From contig CAZECW010000113.1 of assembly GCA_964510585.1 (NCBI GenBank), forward strand, positions 30,001-62,000: DNA of 32,000 nt. Reading direction: 5' to 3'. A model generated the notes under the pieces. It made no database searches, was not told the origin of the DNA, and saw only the letters and a program-made list of their open reading frames with translations. The position numbers and the translations under genes were made by a program. This DNA is from an uncultured archaeon. Lineage in GTDB: Archaea; Asgardarchaeota; Jordiarchaeia; Jordiarchaeales; Jordiarchaeaceae. Every line of letters begins with the position of its first letter. Within the stretch, counting starts at the first letter, position 1. This document shows positions 19,141 to 27,024 of this stretch, in pieces.

Positions 19141-19505
19141 ACATCCTATAACCAGCTCAACAAAGTTATTCCATTTTTCATCTATTTTCTTTCACAAATT
19201 TAGAGAAGCAATAATCATACTCTTGCAGGATTAAGTTAACTCCATTTTTAAAAAATGAGGAAATCTCAGTTAAAAATAGGTATTTGGAGACTAATCTTGA
19301 CTGGGGCGATGCGGGTTGGCAACTATATTTTAATCGTTTTTTGAGACTTGAAAAATGAACTATAAATTTTTCAGTCTGGAAGCCAAACCTAATGAATCCA
19401 TAAAATAGGGTGAGGAAGGATTATATAGGACTAATTATTTGTACTGTTAACGTTGATTTAGTAACCGCGAACAAACTTACCTGAAACTTTGGAGTAGTGA
19501 TTATT

Positions 19506-19850
19506 TTGGATATAACCATTACACAGATGGCACTAGAATACATTGCCAAAGCGTCGGAAACAATTTCCAACAGCAAAGAAAAACCAGCCTTAGCCATTTG
19601 GGCGGATAGAGTCTACACTTGAGGCGGTAGCCGGGTGGAAATAAGGTTGGATGTGTATCCTGAAAATGAAATCCTAGAAGTTGAAGGATTTGAAAACAAG
19701 GGTAATTTGAATGGCACTGATATACCGCTCTACATACACAAAAACGCTTATGACTTCCTGCCGGAGAAACCGAACATTGACTGTTCAGGACTTCTCTTAA
19801 AGAGACTATTTATCTCCAACTTTACACCCGTACGCTTTGGACGATGTTAA
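19506..19850 (+). CDS. Probable HesB-like selenoprotein (in-frame TGA at 19620-19622 read as Sec39)
   Basis: One frame from TTG 19506: MDITITQMALEYIAKASETISNSKEKPALAIWADRVYT-TGA-GGSRVEIRLDVYPENEILEVEG...PLYIHKNAYDFLPEKPNIDCSGLLLKRLFISNFTPVRFGRC. HesB-like N-terminal ITITxxAxEYI pattern, xUGG motif, C-terminal Cys. GTG 19497 is an alternative start. Confidence 0.72.
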
Positions 19851-19854
19851 ATAC

Positions 19855-19930
19855 GGGGAAAGGAAATGATTCATCTCCCAAAAGTATAAAGGGATGATAA
19901 TCAGACGGACAAGCACCGTCAAAATTCCCC
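19855..19930 (+). promoter_or_regulatory. Structured 3' element, SECIS candidate
   Basis: Closing stem GGGGAA (19855-60) / TTCCCC (19925-30). Hairpin 1: TGAT/ATCA plus TCATC/GATGA with A-rich loop, preceded by ATGA (19866). Hairpin 2: GACGG/CCGTC. Begins 5 nt after the stop. Confidence 0.4.
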
Positions 19931-19990
19931 AAAAGTTTTCTCCCCACCAAATTAGTATGCATTATCTCTCATTAGATCCACCGCTTGGGG

Positions 19991-20794
19991 TCATATTGTT
20001 AATTTTAGCGAGTCGTATCCAATTATGATTTTTTTTCGAAGGGGGTCCACTTTTTCTTGTAGCTTTTCGTGGGGAGGATTTAGGTGAGCAAGGTGGATTA
20101 GTACCGTTTTTTTGGCATTCAAGGTATTTGCTAGTTCTTTGGCCTCATTTACAGTCATATGGTGGTCTAAAAAGTGGGTTGGCTTGTCAATGAATGCATC
20201 AGTTATAAGAAGGTCTGGATTTTTTATGAGTCGGAGTGATTCTTCGGGAATTTTCACTCCAGTATCACCCGTAATCACAAGCTTTTTGCCATTTATATTA
20301 AAGCTGTAGCCTATAGGTTGTATGTACGAGGCGGGATGGGTAACATTCCAGGTGGGGTGATAGACGGGAAAGGCTTGAAACTGAATATTGTGATAGTCCA
20401 CGGTTTCGTAAAGTTTTATTTCTTTACGCTTTGCGTTAATTATTTTGAAGCCCATTCTTTCTAGGACAAAGTCTAGAGTTTCCTTTAATCCGAACACTTT
20501 AATGAAATTCTGTACACGGTAGAACTCACTGAATCCCAGAATGTGGTCATAGTGGTGATGTGTGTAGAGAACCGCGGCGATTCTCCTTATCCCTTCACGG
20601 ATTAGCTGAGCCCTGAGGTCTGGGCCGGTGTCTATAGATATGTTTCTGTCTTTTTCTGGATCACGTATAAGTATCCCAAATCGAGTTCGAGAGTTAGGAA
20701 TCCCCTGCTCCCTCGCCAAGGTACACGATTCACAGTTACAATTCAACGTGGGGGTTCCAACAGTATCTCCGCTTCCCAGAATAATGATTTCCAA
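19991..20794 (-). CDS. Metallo-beta-lactamase-fold phosphodiesterase, PhnP-like
   Basis: ILGSGDTVGTPTLNCNCESC (Zn site), IDTGPDLRAQL, THHHYDHILG, ITGDT, HHMT, LIHLAH. Confidence 0.9.
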   Translation of the reverse strand: MEIIILGSGDTVGTPTLNCNCESCTLAREQGIPNSRTRFGILIRDPEKDRNISIDTGPDLRAQLIREGIRRIAAVLYTHHHYDHILGFSEFYRVQNFIKVFGLKETLDFVLERMGFKIINAKRKEIKLYETVDYHNIQFQAFPVYHPTWNVTHPASYIQPIGYSFNINGKKLVITGDTGVKIPEESLRLIKNPDLLITDAFIDKPTHFLDHHMTVNEAKELANTLNAKKTVLIHLAHLNPPHEKLQEKVDPLRKKIIIGYDSLKLTI

Positions 20795-20982
20795 CTCAAA
20801 CCATCTCTCTCAAGAAATAAGTTAACTCGCTTATTGAATATTGTTCTGCATCACCATACCAAAACTTATGACAGCTGTATCCCAATGGCTTCTCACTATG
20901 ATTAAACTTACAATATTTTAATATAAATACTACTGGTTTACCAATTAGAAATTAAAGTGTAAGATAGTTGTAAGGAGCCTTT

Positions 20983-21888
20983 TTAATCAGGTTTAGTGTA
21001 TTTTGTTAGAAATCCTTGCGCTAAAGAGCGGGCGAGATCCCTTGCGTGGTTTGGTGCAAATTCATCCAGACCTTTTCCATAGGTTTGAACAATGAACTCA
21101 ACCACTTTTTCCAGGTCTTGTTCTTCTTTGTAGACTTTAATTATTTCGTTATTCCACTTGTAAGTCACTTTAACTGTATCTTTTAGTGATAGATAGCCTT
21201 CACGTGCTGTTTTGGCTCCGAAGTGGGCAAATCCTATAATTTCAGGTTGGTAAGATTCGATTTTCCTTATTGTCGCAACAAATGTTTCTAAATCGAATTC
21301 TGGTGGGAAAGCTGTGGGTGTGATGGTTTTGGTTTGAGGCATGTGTATACCGACTGCGTCTCCAACGAACATGAATCTGCTTTTGGCTTCGTAGAAACTT
21401 ATGTGGTCTTTGGAGTGCCCTACTGTGTCCAAAATTTCTATTTCCACCCCATTACCTAAATTGACTAAATCGCCCTCCTTTACTACATCAAAGTTTTTTA
21501 TAGGTTTCATTTCGATGGTGGGATCACCGAATGTTTGTCTTCCCCCCTCAACAAGTTTCTCAATTATTGCGGGTACTGTGAGACGCTTGGAGTCCTTATC
21601 TGAAACCAGCACCCTAGCTTTACCAAACGCATCCTCCAAGTAAGCCGCACCTCCCGCATGGTCGAAGTGACAGTGGGAAGGCATTATGTAAGCAATATCA
21701 TCAATCTTTATTCCCAAGTCCAGTACTCTTTCAACCAAGTTTTTAACAGTACTGTTGGAGCCCGTGTCAAGAATAGCTGCCTTTTCTCCCTTAACCACAA
21801 ATACGGAAGTGGAACCCAGCTTCCCATGCATTTTAACATCTACCAGATATATGTTTTCGCCAATTTTAGAAGTTTTGGTAAACCACAA
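20983..21888 (-). CDS. Metallo-beta-lactamase-fold hydrolase (glyoxalase II-like)
   Basis: ILDTG, SHCHFDHAGG, TVGHSKDH, FVGDAVG, PTAFPPEFD, FAHFG. TTG 21888 after GGGTG preferred over GTG 21924. Confidence 0.9.
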   Translation of the reverse strand: MWFTKTSKIGENIYLVDVKMHGKLGSTSVFVVKGEKAAILDTGSNSTVKNLVERVLDLGIKIDDIAYIMPSHCHFDHAGGAAYLEDAFGKARVLVSDKDSKRLTVPAIIEKLVEGGRQTFGDPTIEMKPIKNFDVVKEGDLVNLGNGVEIEILDTVGHSKDHISFYEAKSRFMFVGDAVGIHMPQTKTITPTAFPPEFDLETFVATIRKIESYQPEIIGFAHFGAKTAREGYLSLKDTVKVTYKWNNEIIKVYKEEQDLEKVVEFIVQTYGKGLDEFAPNHARDLARSLAQGFLTKYTKPD

Positions 21889-22061
21889 AAGAGACACCCA
21901 CAAAACCTTTTGGTATATTTCCACAATTTACTAGTGATACTTAACATTTACGTATTATACACCCAAAATTTAGGAGTAAAGTTGTAAAAACCAAGTTAAA
22001 CGCTGTTTGTAACAGTTTCTGAAATGCAAGTATATGTAATAATCTTAGTCTTCTGCCAAAG

Positions 22062-22988
22062 TTATGTGGGAGAAGCTTTTTTAGGTTCGGGCTCATTCCT
22101 AACTGCGGTTTTCTTATTTGTTCGGCTCTGTGTTAAGTAAACTCCAAAAAGGGTTAAAGCCATTCCCAGTATGCTTACTTCTGTGTAAAATTCGTAGAGA
22201 AAAATGGCTCCCAAAATTGTAGTTACTATGGGCACCAAGAGTAGTGCGATGCAGGCTGTTGAGGCCTCTATATCGTGAAGGACTTCGTACCAGACGAAGA
22301 AGGTTAAGACCGAAGACACTATTCCAAGAGTAACTAGGGAGGTCCAACCTAAACCAGATAGGCGTGTAACGGGGACAAATCCTTCGGCGATAAATGCTGT
22401 TATAAATAGCAGAATGGTTCCAAAAGGCACCGATGTTGCAGTCATCAGATAGGAATCTATATTCGCCGCTATTCTCTTGGCTAGAATTGCCCCAACCGCC
22501 CATGAGAATGCAGCTCCGAACACTACAATGTTCCAAATGCTTCCTGACAGAGTGGGATTAGTTGCTATAACCACAAGTACAACTCCCGTGTATCCCAAAA
22601 GAAGTCCTACCGCTTTTCTCCTTGTTATTTTTTCACCTAGGAATATTGCAGCAAGTATTGTAACTATTATTGGGTCTGTGTTCACAATTATTGATGCCTG
22701 TCCAGCGGGCACGTACTGCAGCCCATAAACTTCTAAAAAATAGTATGAGAATACATTAACAGCACCCAAAGTGCAAATAGAAAAAGTTTCCTTCCTAGTA
22801 AATTTTAAGATTTCCCTATATTTTCCAGTTATCATTAGGGAAACTATGAGGATGCTTGAGGCTAGGAGGAAGCGGTAAGCAGTAAATGTTATGGGGGGCA
22901 TATCTCTGAGAGCATACTTAATGAATATGAATGAGGAACCCCATGTTAGTACCACAAAGGTTAAACCGCCTGCGGTGCTAGGCTTCAA
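22062..22988 (-). CDS. EamA/DMT family transporter
   Basis: LTWGSSFIFIK, YRFLLAS, AAIFLGEKIT, second repeat ending LGAIFLYE; about 10 TM segments; TTG 7 nt after GGAGG. Confidence 0.93.
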   Translation of the reverse strand: MKPSTAGGLTFVVLTWGSSFIFIKYALRDMPPITFTAYRFLLASSILIVSLMITGKYREILKFTRKETFSICTLGAVNVFSYYFLEVYGLQYVPAGQASIIVNTDPIIVTILAAIFLGEKITRRKAVGLLLGYTGVVLVVIATNPTLSGSIWNIVVFGAAFSWAVGAILAKRIAANIDSYLMTATSVPFGTILLFITAFIAEGFVPVTRLSGLGWTSLVTLGIVSSVLTFFVWYEVLHDIEASTACIALLLVPIVTTILGAIFLYEFYTEVSILGMALTLFGVYLTQSRTNKKTAVRNEPEPKKASPT

Positions 22989-23052
22989 ATTTTTTCCTCC
23001 AATATGGTTAGCCTTAAATTGTAAAAGTTATTAAGCTTTTTTCATTAAAATA

Positions 23053-23077
23053 GAAAATTTTCAGGAGAAAATTTCTC
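23053..23077. promoter_or_regulatory. Tandem palindromes, candidate Lrp operators in the divergent eamA/lrp intergenic region
   Basis: GAAAATTTTC (23053-62) and GAGAAA-A-TTTCTC (23065-77); AT-centred palindromes of the kind bound by archaeal Lrp proteins. Confidence 0.4.
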
Positions 23078-23193
23078 ATAAAATAAAGTTGACTACTTAA
23101 AATTTATTAAACTGAAAATAGAATATAAACCAATTAAGAAACAATAAAAAAATATAACCACATTATACTTTAGTAACTTTGAGGTGTAATTAA

Positions 23194-23652
23194 TTGGTCA
23201 AACTGGATGAGATTGATATAAAGATACTAAACATACTCCAAGAAGATGGAAGAATAAGCGTAGCTGAAATAGCGCGCCAGGTTAAACTGGCATCTCCCTC
23301 GGTTCATGAACGAATCTCCAAACTGGAAGAGGAGGGAATAATTAAAGGTTACACTGCCATACTGGATGCGAAAAAGCTGGGTAAAGATGTCACCGCCTTT
23401 ATTGGAATAAAGGTAAACCACGCACTCGCCAGTGGTGATTCGGTCATGAACGAACTTATGAAGATTGATAGCATTGTGGAGTCCCACACAGTTACTGGGG
23501 AGGACGACATTCTCATAAAAGTCAAAACCGAGAACACCTCATCTCTAGAGGATATACTAAACAGGATATATTCCATAAAAGGAGTATTAAACACCATAAC
23601 CACAGTAGTTTTATCAACAGCACTGGAAACGCTAAAAATTAAAATTGGATAA
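23194..23652 (+). CDS. Lrp/AsnC family transcriptional regulator
   Basis: LDEIDIKILNILQEDGRISVAEIARQV...SVHERISKLEEEGIIKGY HTH; RAM domain with VTGEDDILIKV; TTG 7 nt after GAGGTG. Confidence 0.95.
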   Translation: MVKLDEIDIKILNILQEDGRISVAEIARQVKLASPSVHERISKLEEEGIIKGYTAILDAKKLGKDVTAFIGIKVNHALASGDSVMNELMKIDSIVESHTVTGEDDILIKVKTENTSSLEDILNRIYSIKGVLNTITTVVLSTALETLKIKIG

Positions 23653-24082
23653 AACACTAAAAATAGCCAAAAACCCAGGAACAGTTTTTAATACTCTTTA
23701 ATATCTATTACAACCTATCGCTGGATAATCCTATAGGGAAACGCTTCCATCAAAAAGGGGATTTAACGGATAATACTCCCGTTGATGATAGAAAGCCAAG
23801 CACTGGTCGTAATTTTGAATCCCAAACTGAAGCGGCAAAGTTCTACTTATTTCACCATTTCTCTGATTTCTGTCATAGTATATCTTTTTTTCCTACCATG
23901 TTACTCGAGCTCACAATCCGATTCAGATATCATATTTTTATCACTTTTTGAAGAAATAAACTTTTTTAGTTAATTTATGAATAAAAAAATTTAATAAATA
24001 AATATATAAAAAAATGTTTAACATTCTGTGGGATTCAAATACTCAAAAAAGGAAAAGACTAAAAACCCAAAAACTAACCGAG

Positions 24083-24661
24083 TTGAACACATTGATAATA
24101 CACAACATTTACATTATAAGCTCTGAAGGAATATGCCCCCTAAGCATAAAACTAGGCTCCATAGATACAGATCCACAAATAATAGCAGGAGTATTTGCAG
24201 CTTCTCAAAAATTTTGGGCCCACCTTACAGGCGAAGACCCTCAATCCATAAACTTTCACAACTTAAAGGCGCACTTGAGGCAGTTTAGCACAGGAGAAAA
24301 AAATTGGTACCTTGTAATTATTTTAGAATTTGAAAATCCACAACTACTACGAACAGTTGAAAAAAGCATATTAGAGGTGGTAATGAAGAACAAAGAGATT
24401 TTCGAAAAATTTGTCGCCGACACAAACGAAATCAGCGTGAATGTTAAAAACCAAATCTTAGAAAGATTAAGAAAAATTCGTTGCCCCTATTTACAGGTAA
24501 AAATCTTCAAACACTTTTGCAAATTAAAAATCAATAGACTTGAAAAAAACAACTGTAACATCATAGCCATATCTGATTGCAAGGAAAAGATAAAAGAGCA
24601 ATTACACCCTATCGAGAAAAAAGTTTCTAATCAATTAAATTTCCAAAGTAGTAGTGGATGA
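24083..24661 (+). CDS. Longin-like domain protein with Cys-rich C-terminal module (paralog 1)
   Basis: IIHNIYIISSEGICP...DPQIIAGVFAASQKF pattern typical of longin beta-hairpin plus helix. TTG 24083 matches the paralog's N-terminus; ATG 24014 is possible. Confidence 0.72.
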   Translation: MNTLIIHNIYIISSEGICPLSIKLGSIDTDPQIIAGVFAASQKFWAHLTGEDPQSINFHNLKAHLRQFSTGEKNWYLVIILEFENPQLLRTVEKSILEVVMKNKEIFEKFVADTNEISVNVKNQILERLRKIRCPYLQVKIFKHFCKLKINRLEKNNCNIIAISDCKEKIKEQLHPIEKKVSNQLNFQSSSG

Positions 24662-25059
24662 TGGCAATGAGTCTAAGATTTAGTATAGGATTATTTTTCG
24701 ATTGTCCTATTAATTGTTTTCTGTCACCCTTTCTTCGCCTGGAGGATTGTTTTTATACTCCAAGCCCTTTAGGTGGAAATTACCCTTTAGGAATAGGGTT
24801 TAAACATAATACCTCCAAAGCAAAATATAATGGAAAGTGGATGAGAAGGAACATAGATGTCAAGGAATAGTAATATATACACCTTGTGGAAGCACTTCCT
24901 CCAATCTTTGGTTCAAATTGCACTAGAGCCTTTTTATGTTCCAAATAAAACATTTATAAACAAATTTGAGATTAAGTATACAAGATGAAACTGATTTCGT
25001 TGAGTCCTTAGGTATAGTGAGGTTAATGAAAATTACAAAACTGGAAAGCACACCTTCGT

Positions 25060-25644
25060 TTGGAGTGGAAAGATTTGATTATTCATAATATCTATATCAT
25101 AAATTCAGATGGGATTTGTCCCGTAAGCCTAACTCTTGGTTCTATTGAGGCAGATCCCGATTTGATTGCGGGAATTTTCACCGCTTCTCAGAAGTTCTGG
25201 GGGGAGGTCACAGGAGAGACACCTCAATCCATCTCCTTTAAAAATATGAATGCCTATATTAAGCCTTTCTCTACAGGTGAAAAGGACTGGTATTTGATTC
25301 TGATATCTGAGGCAGAAAAACCGGAGCTTTTGAAAAAAGTAGAAGACATCATATTCAAGATTATAGAGGAAAAAAAGGAGCTGTTTGAAAAATTTTTTGC
25401 AGATACAACAGATATCAACAACATTGTGGGCGGAGCCATAATAGAAGCATTAACTTTAATTCCCTGCCCCCATATAAGTAAAAATCTCTTTAAAAATGTG
25501 TGTGAAATTGACGGTAAACAGATAGAACCCAAATATTGTAACTGTGTTTCCATGGCAACATGTAAAACCAAAATCAGGGAATACCATAAGGAAGATTTCT
25601 CGGTTGTAGGGCTACTTGACAAGTTTTTCGAAAGCCTAAGATAA
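25060..25644 (+). CDS. Longin-like domain protein with Cys-rich C-terminal module (paralog 2)
   Basis: IIHNIYIINSDGICP...DPDLIAGIFTASQKF; aligns without gaps to paralog 1. Confidence 0.75.
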   Translation: MEWKDLIIHNIYIINSDGICPVSLTLGSIEADPDLIAGIFTASQKFWGEVTGETPQSISFKNMNAYIKPFSTGEKDWYLILISEAEKPELLKKVEDIIFKIIEEKKELFEKFFADTTDINNIVGGAIIEALTLIPCPHISKNLFKNVCEIDGKQIEPKYCNCVSMATCKTKIREYHKEDFSVVGLLDKFFESLR

Positions 25645-26094
25645 GAAAAAACGTATGCTCATAAAGTAACCAAATCCTACCTCCCGTCTTCCACAAAAAC
25701 ACAATTCCATTACACTCACAAACACGTCAAATCTAATACCTTCTATAAAATTTGACGCCGACACTCCTCTTCTTTGTAAACACCCATATAGAAAACACGG
25801 AGGGCAGGAATTGCGGATTTATATAGTAGTCATTCCATAATAAGTCACTCCCTATTGTATTCCAATATGTGGATCATATTTAACCAGTGAATACTGGTTC
25901 GGCCCATACTACTATTTTTCCAAGAATTATCTGATTTTGGTATTTTTCCCTAGAGAGCATTGGTCATCAAAAATCAGAGCAGGCATTATTTAGCGTTAGG
26001 AGCTTATTTGTTGCTTTTCACAAATTATAAATACTTCACGCCACAATTAATTTTTTAACATATTCTTAAATAATAGTTACTATCTATAACGACT

Positions 26095-26919
26095 TTGCCG
26101 AAAAGGGTGCAGTTTATGCTGAGTTTGGCGCAATTTATAATTTATGCGTATTTCCTTAGCGATTTTTATCGTTTATCTGCTGTTTTCGGCGTCTCTTCAG
26201 GGATGTATACCAAGCTTTATTTCTCAGCGTTAGCATCACTGGTTGCCTTTTTAGTTTCAGCTTCGCTTTTTATTAGATCTCGAAAACAACCTCCGGGCAA
26301 GAAAACATTCGTCCTTCTATCCATAGCAACTTTTGTTGGTGGACTCTCCACACTAAGCGTGGCCATTGCTTCGTATTTCTACATCACAACGCCCAGCCTT
26401 TTCACCTTCGTTCCCACGGTGACATTAGTGATGTACCGCATACACTTTGTTTCCATCCCTCTGATCTTGGTGTTTTTCTGGCTATTCTTCTCACAACTAA
26501 TACGGGTAAGGAGAGTAATAATCTACGTTTTCATCATAGTATTCCTAATAATGCTAATTCTTAATTCTATTACCCCAATTACTGCAGAAGAAGTACAGCT
26601 AACGCTTTCTGTTAACATGAGCTTGGTCGCCTCCCTAGTAACACTCGTCACCTGGCTGGTTGCTTTCTTGATAATCGCCCTCTCCTTCTATTACTACGCT
26701 TCCAAACAAAAAGACGAGCGCCGCATAATGGGCATGATTCTGGGAACCGCCGCGATCTCCGCAATAATGGTTCAAGTATCCAATTTGTTTGCACTCCTCC
26801 TGAGCAACGCAGTTCTGGAAGCCAGTGTATGGTTATTTGCGGCATTGGCCTTCACACTAATGTACTTTGGATTACTGCCCCCAAAACGCCTCTTACCCAA
26901 GCAACAAACTGGAGAGTAG
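26095..26919 (+). CDS. Polytopic membrane protein (~8 TM), sensor-like, no catalytic domain
   Basis: About eight hydrophobic 20-26 aa segments with basic loops; ends YFGLLPPKR. Confidence 0.82.
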   Translation: MPKRVQFMLSLAQFIIYAYFLSDFYRLSAVFGVSSGMYTKLYFSALASLVAFLVSASLFIRSRKQPPGKKTFVLLSIATFVGGLSTLSVAIASYFYITTPSLFTFVPTVTLVMYRIHFVSIPLILVFFWLFFSQLIRVRRVIIYVFIIVFLIMLILNSITPITAEEVQLTLSVNMSLVASLVTLVTWLVAFLIIALSFYYYASKQKDERRIMGMILGTAAISAIMVQVSNLFALLLSNAVLEASVWLFAALAFTLMYFGLLPPKRLLPKQQTGE

Positions 26920-27024
26920 CCATTTCCCTCCCATTATCCCCCTACCATATTTTTTATTTTTTGTAAAAGTTGCAATAGTTATTAATAGTGAGAGTTGTTT
27001 CTTGGAAATAAGAGGTTAAAAATA

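Noticed and set aside
19635-19850. 71-aa stand-alone ORF from the track
   Set aside because: Better explained as the C-terminal part of the UGA read-through gene starting at 19506.
24658-24870. 70-aa ORF overlapping the stop of longin paralog 1
   Set aside because: No recognisable motif or SD, and unusual composition; probably spurious.
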